NCBI GenBank assembly: GCA_965243735.1
Contig: CBDEVZ010000008.1
Span: 3,447,190-3,511,189 of the forward strand
Reading direction: 5' to 3'
From: an uncultured Candidatus Binatia bacterium
GTDB taxonomy: Bacteria > Desulfobacterota > Binatia > Bin18
Length of the DNA stretch: 64,000 nt
Position 1 is the first letter of the stretch, and each line of letters starts with the position of its first letter. The notes beneath the pieces are model-generated. The model ran no database searches, was not told the origin of the DNA, and saw only the letters and a list, made by a program, of their open reading frames with translations. A program made the position numbers and the translations under genes. This document shows positions 1-9,017 of the stretch, in pieces.

Positions 1-378
1 CTGCAAGTCCCCCTCGGCCGTGGTCAGGCGTGGGCCGCACAGCCCGACCTCGGGCCGGGCGTCCATATAGGCGACCAGACGGTCCAGCGCCCCCGGCTCA
101 ACCACGGTGTCGTCGTCCAGGATCACGACATACTCTCCAGCCGCCAAGCGTATGCCCTGGTTGCGAGCCGGAGCAACCCCCCGGTTGTGGGAGTTGCGCA
201 CCAGCCGCGCCGTGGGACAGGTGTGTTGCACCAGGCGACAGGTCCGGTCCTGCGAGCCGTTATCGACCACAATCACCTCGTGGTTGAGCGTCACGCCCTC
301 GGCCAGCGAGGTCAGGCAGGCCGCGATCTCGGATGCCGAATTCCAGGTCAGGATGATGATCGAGACTTTCATGCACAT
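1..378 (-). CDS. Glycosyltransferase family 2 (N-terminal part; runs off the window edge)
   Basis: Manual translation MCMKVSIIILTWNS...VIVVDNGSQD...NRGVAPARNQG...ILDDD shows GT2 motifs. Not in the ORF track because no stop lies in the window. Confidence 0.85.
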   Translation of the reverse strand, partial: MCMKVSIIILTWNSASEIAACLTSLAEGVTLNHEVIVVDNGSQDRTCRLVQHTCPTARLVRNSHNRGVAPARNQGIRLAAGEYVVILDDDTVVEPGALDRLVAYMDARPEVGLCGPRLTTAEGDLQ

Positions 379-527
379 GCCGTCCGGGATCAGGGGGAAC
401 CGGACCCTCTTCTTAACGTATGACGCGCCTTCCCAGGAACCTGCGCTCGCTGCCGGGCGCTGATCGCTGGGCCGGGGTGGGTGCCTTTTTGCATCACACG
501 TTTCTCTATGACAGGGTTCTCATCGGC

Positions 528-1490
528 TCACCCCGCCCAGCGCTTGGTTGACCGAAAGGGGCGGTACAGCCGGTAGAAACCGCCCCGCCTGAGGCGTCCC
601 CAGGCCCACAGCCTGGCCAGGCCACGGATAGCCAGGGCGACCAGCGCCAGCCCGTACTCAGGCCACGTCATCCGACGCACAAACTCGGCCCACGGATAAG
701 CGGCGACCGGGCCGTGTTCGAGCAGGGCGGCGTGGTGACGCCGGAGCTGTATCTTGCCCGCCTCGGTCCGCACCCGCTCGGCAAAATAATCGTTCCAGGT
801 CTGGGGCGGGACAAAGAACACCCGAGCCTGCAGGTGCTTACGGACGTGAGACTTTCCGACCGCCACCGTCAGCCAGGCGTCTTCCAGCAGCAGGTCTTCG
901 GGCAGCGGAGAGATCAGGGCGTCGGTGCGGACCATGAACAGGCGGCCGCCGGCATTGCCGAAGTCAAAGCGGTACGGCAGCGCCCCCATTCGGCTCCACA
1001 GACTGGCCCGGGCATCCACGACCGGGACTTCCCGGGCCGCCACCAGCCGCGCCTGGGCGTCGTTTTGCAGCTGGGCGTACAGCCGGACCAGGGCGTCAGG
1101 CGCAACCCGGACATCGGCGTCGCAGAACGCCAGCAGGTCGCCGCGCGCCCAGCGCCACAGGGCGTTCATGGCCCGGGGCTTGCCGCGCCAGTCCGCCACC
1201 AGGACGACGCACCGCAGCCCAGCGGCGGCTTGGGGAGATCGTCCCTGCACCGAGGACAGGTCGATCTCGTCAAGCGAGACGGCGTGGCGGGCACAGAACT
1301 CGCGCACCGCGTGCAGCGGCGGAGACGGCCGACCGGCGGTCACGCCGTTCAGACAGACCATGATTTCCCGCAGGCAGGCGGACGGCAGCTCGGGCGACCG
1401 GCAGGCCGCCAACAGGCTGTCGAGGGTGCTGCCCAGATCCGGCTCATCGGCCCGGCACGGAACGGCGAGGGAGAGGGTTTTCTCGATCAT
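528..1490 (-). CDS. Glycosyltransferase family 2
   Basis: GKPRAMN, FCDADV (DxD) and LEDAWL motifs of the GT-A fold. Confidence 0.8.
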   Translation of the reverse strand: MIEKTLSLAVPCRADEPDLGSTLDSLLAACRSPELPSACLREIMVCLNGVTAGRPSPPLHAVREFCARHAVSLDEIDLSSVQGRSPQAAAGLRCVVLVADWRGKPRAMNALWRWARGDLLAFCDADVRVAPDALVRLYAQLQNDAQARLVAAREVPVVDARASLWSRMGALPYRFDFGNAGGRLFMVRTDALISPLPEDLLLEDAWLTVAVGKSHVRKHLQARVFFVPPQTWNDYFAERVRTEAGKIQLRRHHAALLEHGPVAAYPWAEFVRRMTWPEYGLALVALAIRGLARLWAWGRLRRGGFYRLYRPFRSTKRWAG

Positions 1491-1508
1491 CGCGAGGGGG
1501 AAAACGCC

Positions 1509-1754
1509 CTAGCCGGCCTTCTTGATATCCGGGCTGGACGCTCCGTCTTCGCTTTCCCGCCGCTCCACAAGTTGTGCCGGGAGCGCCGCGACATCGATAT
1601 AGCGCGAGACCCCTGAGAGCGTCACAGCTACGAGACGGTCCTGGTTATCAAATTCCCCGAGCGCCTGCTCGGTGATGTCTCGCGTCTCCTCTATCAGGGC
1701 ATCGGAGAACTCGACGTAGAGGATGTCCCCGTCTGGGTAATACTGGAGCTTCAT
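1509..1754 (-). CDS. DUF2283-family small protein (putative antitoxin)
   Basis: MKLQYYPDGDILYVEFSD...GEFDNQDRLVAVTL matches the DUF2283 pattern; GGAGG RBS before ATG 1754. Confidence 0.75.
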   Translation of the reverse strand: MKLQYYPDGDILYVEFSDALIEETRDITEQALGEFDNQDRLVAVTLSGVSRYIDVAALPAQLVERRESEDGASSPDIKKAG

Positions 1755-1771
1755 GTCTACCTCCTGCCTTA

Positions 1772-2005
1772 TTATGGTGTGAAACCCCGGTCGAAGAAAG
1801 CGTTGAAGACAGTCTCGTTGTCGGATTCCAATACAATCCGAAGGTAACGCCCTCTTTCTTCGATCCAGCCCCAGTTTCGGATTCGACCGTCCCGCTGGAC
1901 TTGGACCCGCGCCGGGCTCTGGATGACTCGTTCGATCCATTCGTTTGTGATCTCTTTCCGGTCGGGTCGTTGACGACGATCCCGAAAGTAGGGGTGAAAC
2001 TTCAT
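1772..2005 (-). CDS. DUF4258/RelE-like small protein (putative toxin)
   Basis: Basic 77 aa protein with EWIERVIQSP...DGRIR.W...YLRIVL...TVFNAFFDR, directly upstream of the DUF2283 gene. Confidence 0.6.
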   Translation of the reverse strand: MKFHPYFRDRRQRPDRKEITNEWIERVIQSPARVQVQRDGRIRNWGWIEERGRYLRIVLESDNETVFNAFFDRGFTP

Positions 2006-2029
2006 CCTCGACAATTCCTCCGTCCCGCG

Positions 2030-3364
2030 TCACTGCACCAGACGCCGGTAGTGCTGGGTAAGCAGCGCGGCGTCTTCGGCAATCGAGCGGACGGCCGGAA
2101 ACGCCTGCGAGAGCCGGGGCACCAGGTCCGGTTCCGTGATGCAGCGGGCGATCTGGCGACGCAGGTCGGCCACATCACGGGCCTGAAACAACAGGCCGTC
2201 CACCCCGTCCCGGACCCACTCGCGCATCCCGCCAAAGTCGGCGGTAATCACCGGAGTCCGAGCCAGGAAGGCTTCCCGAATGACGAGCGGGGCATTCTCA
2301 TACCAGATCGAGGGCACGACCACGACATCAATGCCGGCCAGAATACGGCCGATGTCTTGGTTGTCATAGCGGCCCATGGAGCGAATATGGGGCGAGTTGG
2401 CCAGCTGCGAGCGAAAGCGCCGTTCGTTCGGATACGGCGCATACGCGGCCTCTCCGCCGTAGATACGCAGGTCGGCCTGGGGCAGGGTCTGGAAGGCTTC
2501 GACCAGCAGATCGACGCCTTTAACCGGGTCCACGACGCCGATATAGCCAAAGGTCAGGCGTTCTTTTGGGGCGGTTTTTTCAGCAGCCTGGAGGTGTGCC
2601 GTTTGCAGACCGCACTCGTGGAAGACGATTTGCTCTTCCGGTATGCCAAACGCCACAAACTGCCGGCGCAGGAAACGCGACGGCGCCAAAAACAGCGCGA
2701 CCGACTCGCACAGCTCGCGGACGTGGGCCATGCGCGCCCGGACTTGGTCTTGGGCTGCGGGCGAGACCGCCCGCGACGCGGCGCGCGCGGCGTTCAGCCG
2801 CCGCAGCTGCGCCCTGAGCCATGAATTCTTGAGCAGCGGTTTCAGCGAACGATGGAGCCGTGACAGCCTGGGGTCGAGCACATGGCTGAAGCACTGGGCA
2901 CAGCCGGTGTCGGTCTGGCCCGAACACACCGACAGGTCGGGTTTCAGAAACCGGCCGCGCTGGCAGATCAGCCAGTAGTCGTGCAGGGTCATAACCACCG
3001 GGATCGCACGCCGCACGGCCTCGTCAATACAAGTCGTGGACAGATACATCAGGTGCTGGACGTGGACGATGTCCGGCGCAAAGCGGTCCAGCAGTTCACC
3101 GAAATGGGCGGCAATAGCGTCGTTCCGGTACGTCCGGGCAAAGCTGCCGCTTTCTCGCAGGGTATTGTTGACGCGGGTGATCTCGACCTGCTCGACCGTC
3201 GTCGTTTCCAGCGCGTACTCGGGCTGCTGCGGGCGGGCGCAGCGGGAAAACACCGAGACCGCATGTCCCTGCCGCGCCAGTTCTTTTGCCAGCGCAGCGG
3301 CATAGGTTTCCGTCCCCCCCAAAGCCTCGGGCGGCAAGCCGTTGACGAGCTGGACAATACGCAT
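2030..3364 (-). CDS. Glycosyltransferase family 4
   Basis: GGTETY, TLHDYWLIC, KGVDLL and PSIWYENAPLVIREA GT-B motifs. Confidence 0.9.
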   Translation of the reverse strand: MRIVQLVNGLPPEALGGTETYAAALAKELARQGHAVSVFSRCARPQQPEYALETTTVEQVEITRVNNTLRESGSFARTYRNDAIAAHFGELLDRFAPDIVHVQHLMYLSTTCIDEAVRRAIPVVMTLHDYWLICQRGRFLKPDLSVCSGQTDTGCAQCFSHVLDPRLSRLHRSLKPLLKNSWLRAQLRRLNAARAASRAVSPAAQDQVRARMAHVRELCESVALFLAPSRFLRRQFVAFGIPEEQIVFHECGLQTAHLQAAEKTAPKERLTFGYIGVVDPVKGVDLLVEAFQTLPQADLRIYGGEAAYAPYPNERRFRSQLANSPHIRSMGRYDNQDIGRILAGIDVVVVPSIWYENAPLVIREAFLARTPVITADFGGMREWVRDGVDGLLFQARDVADLRRQIARCITEPDLVPRLSQAFPAVRSIAEDAALLTQHYRRLVQ

Positions 3365-3555
3365 TTCCTACAGCCTCTCTCGACCGGCTCTTCCCATCCA
3401 AGGACGTGGTCCTACATTGACCCTGCTTCCCCGAGCAAAGACCCTTCTCAAGAGCAGCCCGCATGAGCGCCCAGCCTCAGCCTCCTTGAGAAAGCCTTCC
3501 ATATCAGATACGAGCAGGCGAGCGGTAGAATTTGGCAAAGTAGGGAGGGTGGTGC

Positions 3556-3822
3556 ATGCAACAGGTTGGTTACGGCGCGCTATGTTTCTGGATTTTCAGT
3601 CTGATAGCACCTCCTGCGGCATTTGCCTATCTCGATCCGGGCAGCGGCAGCATGCTGCTCCAACTCGTACTCGGCGGACTGGCCGGCCTGGCGGTGATTG
3701 CCAAACTCTACTGGCACCGTCTGCTCGGCCTCTTTGGCATACATTCCCAACAGGAGGAGAACGATTCGGAAGCGGATGCGGCCTCTCTCACCACCCCGAA
3801 CCCCTCTGACAAGCCGCAGTAG
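3556..3822 (+). CDS. Small membrane protein with signal peptide and YLDPGSGS motif
   Basis: Signal-like segment ending AAFA, then YLDPGSGS, one TM helix and an acidic tail; GGAGG-like RBS upstream. Confidence 0.7.
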   Translation: MQQVGYGALCFWIFSLIAPPAAFAYLDPGSGSMLLQLVLGGLAGLAVIAKLYWHRLLGLFGIHSQQEENDSEADAASLTTPNPSDKPQ

Positions 3823-3937
3823 AGCCAAAGAGTGCGGACGCCAGCGCTTCCGTCTCCTTAAAGAGTAAATGTGTCAACATGCTCATGTGGTTGGAGGACA
3901 CGTTCACTCTTTTTTGCCCATCCAGACCCGTATCAGC

Positions 3938-5353
3938 ATGGTAGCCTCTCACTCTGAGCCGGGTTCATTCCGTGACCGTACCAGTCGTGTCTTTTATCAG
4001 GACGGAGCGGTGTTTCGCGGCCTTGATGCGCATGCCGCCCAGGAATGGAACGTGATCAAGACCAAGCCGTTCTTCCGGCAGTGCATGGTCGAAGGGAAAA
4101 TTGTTCACACCGAGCAGCTTGAGCCCTTAAGCTCTTCACCCTACGCCGGGCGAGATGATGAGCAATGGATTGCGATTCTCAAACACCAGACCATCCCCTT
4201 CATTTCATACCCCTACGAATGGCCATTCAGCATGTTACAGGCCGCTGCGCTGCTGACCCTTGAACTCCAGGCTGCCGCGCTACGCGCCGACATGACCCTC
4301 AAAGACGCCACCCCGTTCAACGTCCAATGGTCCGGCAGTCAGCCGGTCTTTATTGATATTCCCTCGTTTGAACGTCTGCGGCCCGGCGAACCCTGGGTCG
4401 GCTATCGCCAGTTCTGTCAGCTGTTCCTCTACCCGCTTTTTCTGCAAGCCTACAAAGACCTGCCCTTTCAGCCCTGGCTACGCGGCAGTCTGGAGGGTAT
4501 CGAACCGGCCCAGTGCGCCCAACTCATGTCGCTCAGAGACATGCTCAGACCGGGCGTGCTGTCGCATGTCGTCCTTCAGGCCAAAGCCGAGGCGTCGTAT
4601 GCCCGGACTGAGCGCAACCTCAAGAAAGATCTACGTCAGGCCGGCTTTCATAAGGCGCTCATCCAGGCCAATGTCAGCCGGCTGCAAAAACAGGTCGCCA
4701 AACTGACCTGGCGGCAGACACGCTCGACCTGGTCCGGCTACACGGACGCCCTGCCCTATACGGACAGCGAGATCGCCCAAAAAGCCGACTTCGTGCGGCG
4801 CGTCACCCACAGCCGGCGCTGGAATCTGGTCTGGGACCTGGGCTGCAACACCGGGACATTCTCGCGCATTGCCGCAGAAAACGCGGACTACGTTGTGGCA
4901 ATGGATATCGACGCCCTGGTGATTGAGCGCCTGTATTGCGCTCTCAAGACAGAACAATCGCGCAATATCCTGCCCCTCATCAGCAATGTGGCCGACCCTG
5001 CCCCAAATCTCGGCTGGCGCGGCCTGGAACGAAAGGCGCTGCTTGAACGCGGCCGGCCCGACCTGACTTTGTGTCTGGCCTTGCTGCATCATGTGGTCAT
5101 CAGCGCGCATATTCCTCTCAGAGAGTTCATCTCGTGGCTGGCAAGTCTGGGGACGGCGCTAGTGGTTGAGTTCGTAACGCGAGAGGACCCCATGGTCCAG
5201 ACCCTGCTGCGCCACAAGGCCGATCACTACGCCGACTATGACCTGGCGTATTTCGAGCGCTGTCTGGCCGACGCATTTGAAATTGACCAGCAAGAAACGC
5301 TCGAATCAGGCACGCGCAGACTCTACTACGCACGGACTAAACGTCAGGTGTGA
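3938..5353 (+). CDS. NoeA-like protein: N-terminal kinase-like domain plus C-terminal class I SAM methyltransferase
   Basis: SFRD, ISYPYEW, LKDATPFNV and FIDIPSF (kinase-like); WDLGCNTG (SAM motif I); LALLHH. Start placed at ATG 3938; the ORF extends to 3869. Confidence 0.75.
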   Translation: MVASHSEPGSFRDRTSRVFYQDGAVFRGLDAHAAQEWNVIKTKPFFRQCMVEGKIVHTEQLEPLSSSPYAGRDDEQWIAILKHQTIPFISYPYEWPFSMLQAAALLTLELQAAALRADMTLKDATPFNVQWSGSQPVFIDIPSFERLRPGEPWVGYRQFCQLFLYPLFLQAYKDLPFQPWLRGSLEGIEPAQCAQLMSLRDMLRPGVLSHVVLQAKAEASYARTERNLKKDLRQAGFHKALIQANVSRLQKQVAKLTWRQTRSTWSGYTDALPYTDSEIAQKADFVRRVTHSRRWNLVWDLGCNTGTFSRIAAENADYVVAMDIDALVIERLYCALKTEQSRNILPLISNVADPAPNLGWRGLERKALLERGRPDLTLCLALLHHVVISAHIPLREFISWLASLGTALVVEFVTREDPMVQTLLRHKADHYADYDLAYFERCLADAFEIDQQETLESGTRRLYYARTKRQV

Positions 5354-5365
5354 GGCAGCAGTGGT

Positions 5366-7951
5366 ATGGGTTCCCCGCCTCAATCTCCCCGCTCTGGGAT
5401 AGCGGCCTTCCTTTTTTCCGGTCTGCACCTCCTTGTCGTGTGGAATTTCGCGGTCGCTCAACCGCTCTTTGATCTGTTCTCGCGCACCGCTGAATTCTTT
5501 GTCGTCCGTCAGTCTTCGCCGCTCGACATCATCCTGTTCGCCGTCCTGCTGAGTGTCGGCCTTCCAGCTCTGGGCATTCTCGTTGTCTGGGGACTCCGTG
5601 TCGTTCACGCAGGGCTGAGCACCTGGCTGCATCTGCTCCTGGTCGGATGTTTATCTGCGCTGCTGGCCCTGCAAGCCCTGCTGGCCTTACAAGGTTTGCC
5701 GTACGTCTCGGGAATGGTCCTGCTTCTGGGGGCCGGCGGCATCGGGCTTCTGACGAGCGCGGTGTACCATCTGTTTTCTCCAGTACGGACATTCTGCACC
5801 TTGCTCTCGGCCAGCCTGGTGCTCTTTCCCACTCTCTTTCTGTTTTTCTCTCCGGTCTCGACGCTGCTGTCCTCGTCGTCCGCCGATATTGCTCAGGTGG
5901 AGATCACAGACCCGCCACCCATCGTGCTGGTCATCTTTGACGAGTTCTCATCAATCTCTCTTATGGATAAGAATCGTCAGATCGATGCTGAGCGCTATCC
6001 ACATTTTGCCGCGCTGGCGAAACAGGCGACGTGGTTCCGCAACGCCTCGTCCATGAGCGCCCACACGGTATGGGCCATACCGGCTATTCTGACAGGGAGC
6101 TACCCGATCCAGGGTCGGCAGCTCCCGAACGCGGCCGGGTATCCGCGGAATCTCTTCACCCTCCTCGGCGAGACTTACGCATTTCAGGCCCGCGGCACCA
6201 TCACGGAACTCTGTCCGCAGCAATTGTGCTCCCAGCTCCGAGAGCCCTGGAACGAACGTATGCGGGCGCTCTTTTCGGATGTCAGTATCGTCTATCTGCA
6301 CCTCCTGCTGCCGGAAGATCAGAAATCCGGTCTGCCCTCGCTCCAGGCGCGCTGGAAAGATTTTGGATATGCTCCCGGCCCGGTTTCTCCCGAGGTGTGG
6401 AAATCATTCGAGGAATCACTCTGGGCGCAGGTGCAGGTGCGTGCAGACCGGCCCCAGGTCTTTCGCAATTTTCTCGGCTCCATTCGACCGACACGGCAGC
6501 CCACATTATTCTATCTGCACAGTCTCTTACCCCACATTGAATATTCGTATCTGCCATCAGGCCAGCTCTACAGTACGAATGGCGGCTACGATGGACTCAC
6601 AAAAAAAGAAACCTGGCGCGGCGATGAGTGGGCCACCACTCAGAGTTATCAGCGTCATTTGTTGCAAGTCGGCCTGGTGGACACCCTCGTAGGGGAGTTG
6701 GTCGCTCGCCTGAAATCAACCGGCTTATACGACAAATCTCTGATTGTGATTACAGCCGATCATGGGGTCAGCTTTCGTCCGTACGACCACAGGCGGGCCA
6801 TCACGAAGACAAACTTTGCCGACATCATGGCTGTCCCCCTCTTTGTCAAAGCACCATTTCAACAGCACGGCGATATCCAGGATCATAACGTTGAAACAAC
6901 TGATATCCTGCCCACTATTGCAGATATCCTGGAAATCGAACTGCCCTGGCCGGTTGATGGCGCTTCGGCATTTTCGTCTGAATCAGCGCACCGGACACAG
7001 AAGGCGGCCTCTCTCTCTGAGACTATTACCCTGGACCGGTTTCGCACTGCTGTCCTGGATGCGATCAACAAAAAAGTCGATCTTTTTCCGCCACGAACTC
7101 CCGTCGTTCCCAGCGCGGCGCCCCCGGGTCTCGTGGGGCGGCGTATTCAGGATATCCCTCTGAGTGAGGATGCTCAGCTTGCCATCACGGTCGATCAGTC
7201 AGACTATCTTGCTCGGGTTGATCCACAGGCGCCGTTTCTTCCCACCCACGTCACCGGCACCCTCCACTCGGAGGAGTCCCGATTCATCGCCCTGGCCCTG
7301 AACGGGACGGTGCGGGCCGTTACCCAGCCCTGGTCCTTCGCGGTCAGAGGAAAAAACGGCACGTGGTCGGCTCTGCTTGACCCGCAGTTTCTTCAGCCAG
7401 GCAACAATACCATCGAAGCCTTTGGAGTCGCCGAGCTGAGCGACCGAGTGAGTCTCGTCCGAGGCACGGGATCACCCGAGGACCTGCCGGTATTTGAGGG
7501 GCGAGGCGAGACGATTATCACACCAAACGGCGACAGACGGTCTCTCATACCCTCGGAGCTGGAGGGGTGGGTTGACCTGGCTGAGATCAAAGCCGGACAG
7601 CTTGAGTTGGCCGGCTGGGCTGCTGATGTGAAACACGCCCAGCTTCCTCAAGAGATCTGGATCCATATCAACGGAGAATTTTTTCACGCCGGACAACTCG
7701 CTATCGCTCGGCCAGATGTGGCGGAACACTTTGGCAATCCAGCATTCCAGCGGTCAGGATTTCACTATACCCTGCCGCTGGCCCAGTTCACGGAAAATCC
7801 TGCCCTGACCCTGCGCGTCTATGCCGTGTCAGAAGATGGTCGTATCTCCGAACTTGGGTATCCAGCCATGCTCCGTGACGGACTCCCTCCGGCTATTCGT
7901 CTTCATGCCGGCGACCAATCCAACTCGGCTCCGACCTCACACCGCGATTAG
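5366..7951 (+). CDS. Multi-TM sulfatase-like (alkaline phosphatase superfamily) hydrolase/transferase
   Basis: About 5-6 N-terminal TM helices, IFDEF, HSLLPH, ITADHG, VPLFVK and DILPTI motifs; C-terminal GWAAD...RPDVA...SGF beta domain. Confidence 0.8.
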   Translation: MGSPPQSPRSGIAAFLFSGLHLLVVWNFAVAQPLFDLFSRTAEFFVVRQSSPLDIILFAVLLSVGLPALGILVVWGLRVVHAGLSTWLHLLLVGCLSALLALQALLALQGLPYVSGMVLLLGAGGIGLLTSAVYHLFSPVRTFCTLLSASLVLFPTLFLFFSPVSTLLSSSSADIAQVEITDPPPIVLVIFDEFSSISLMDKNRQIDAERYPHFAALAKQATWFRNASSMSAHTVWAIPAILTGSYPIQGRQLPNAAGYPRNLFTLLGETYAFQARGTITELCPQQLCSQLREPWNERMRALFSDVSIVYLHLLLPEDQKSGLPSLQARWKDFGYAPGPVSPEVWKSFEESLWAQVQVRADRPQVFRNFLGSIRPTRQPTLFYLHSLLPHIEYSYLPSGQLYSTNGGYDGLTKKETWRGDEWATTQSYQRHLLQVGLVDTLVGELVARLKSTGLYDKSLIVITADHGVSFRPYDHRRAITKTNFADIMAVPLFVKAPFQQHGDIQDHNVETTDILPTIADILEIELPWPVDGASAFSSESAHRTQKAASLSETITLDRFRTAVLDAINKKVDLFPPRTPVVPSAAPPGLVGRRIQDIPLSEDAQLAITVDQSDYLARVDPQAPFLPTHVTGTLHSEESRFIALALNGTVRAVTQPWSFAVRGKNGTWSALLDPQFLQPGNNTIEAFGVAELSDRVSLVRGTGSPEDLPVFEGRGETIITPNGDRRSLIPSELEGWVDLAEIKAGQLELAGWAADVKHAQLPQEIWIHINGEFFHAGQLAIARPDVAEHFGNPAFQRSGFHYTLPLAQFTENPALTLRVYAVSEDGRISELGYPAMLRDGLPPAIRLHAGDQSNSAPTSHRD

Positions 7952-8021
7952 CATTTTTGCTGTATTATTTTCCAAAAACACTCTATACTGTGTATGCAGA
8001 ACAATGAGGAGCATGAGGGGT

Positions 8022-8303
8022 ATGACCATTAAGCCGGAAGACATCCAATTAAGCCTCGGACAAAAGCGCTTGATAGCCGAGCAGGCAAACAGAAACGGGA
8101 AACCGTGGCAGAGCGTTTTGCAGGAAGTCTTTGACTCTAATAGGGGCACAGACCATGAAGGTCTGGATGCGGAGTTCATGGACTGGTGCGCCGAACAGGT
8201 ACGCGGGAAGGAGATTATCTCTCTCGACGAGGCGCACCGTATTCTCTCCGAGTGCTCCGGGCCGCTGACTCAAGATATCATTGACGACCGTCACGACCGC
8301 TAA
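8022..8303 (+). CDS. Small antitoxin-like protein (orphan)
   Basis: 93 aa ending LTQDIIDDRHDR, resembling VapB-type antitoxins; TATACT -10 at 7984 and GAGGGG RBS; immediately followed by an MSRYF stub. Confidence 0.5.
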   Translation: MTIKPEDIQLSLGQKRLIAEQANRNGKPWQSVLQEVFDSNRGTDHEGLDAEFMDWCAEQVRGKEIISLDEAHRILSECSGPLTQDIIDDRHDR

Positions 8304-8331
8304 ATGAGCCGCTACTTTACAGGCCCTGAGC

Positions 8332-8865
8332 CTACAACAGATTGAAGCGTCTCAGCACCGCCGCCACGGTTTGATTCTGCTGCCCTATCGCCCGCAGGAC
8401 TTCCACGACCGTTTGCCCCTGCTCGCCGCTCTTCGTGACCTCCTCGGTGAGCCGGCTTACCTTCTCTTCAAACGGACGCGCTGCCGTCCGCCGGTCCCAC
8501 ACCACAAGGCTGACGTTAACCACAAAGAGCGCCGCAAATGCGGCCAGGATGCCGAGTATCAGCCGGGAATGCTCCTCAAAGCGGATATTCATATCTGCGC
8601 GCAACTGGCGGTTCTGCTCCTGCATGTCCGTCCGCAACTGGACCATCTCCGACCGTAACTGGTGGTTCTGCTCCTGCATGTCCGTCCGCAACTGGGCCAT
8701 CTCCGACCGCAATCCCGTCAGTCCCTCATCCAGTCGCGTTTCCAAGCGCGTCAGTCGCTCGGCAATCTCCCGGTCGGTTAAGGCTGGCGCTGGCGTGACC
8801 GCCTCTGCCGGGCCGGGCAGCACGATTACACTCCACAGGAGACAGCTGAGAAATAGCCCACGCAT
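8332..8865 (-). CDS. Signal-peptide coiled-coil membrane protein (DUF1640/CCDC90-like)
   Basis: Signal peptide, 18-aa tandem repeat QLRSEMAQLRTDMQEQNH (54-nt unit, 8603-8710), TM helix, WDRRT motif. Confidence 0.65.
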   Translation of the reverse strand: MRGLFLSCLLWSVIVLPGPAEAVTPAPALTDREIAERLTRLETRLDEGLTGLRSEMAQLRTDMQEQNHQLRSEMVQLRTDMQEQNRQLRADMNIRFEEHSRLILGILAAFAALFVVNVSLVVWDRRTAARPFEEKVSRLTEEVTKSGEQGQTVVEVLRAIGQQNQTVAAVLRRFNLL

Positions 8866-9017
8866 AAGGTCATCCAACAGGCCAAGATTGTGAAAGTCAA
8901 GCTGCTCCCGCCGGACGGAGACTACCGGACCAGGGTGGGTGCCTTTTTTCTTCCCTTTTACCAAAGGGGGACTGAGGGGGATTTGCCCGGCACGACGGGA
9001 GCGCCGGCGCGTATCGC

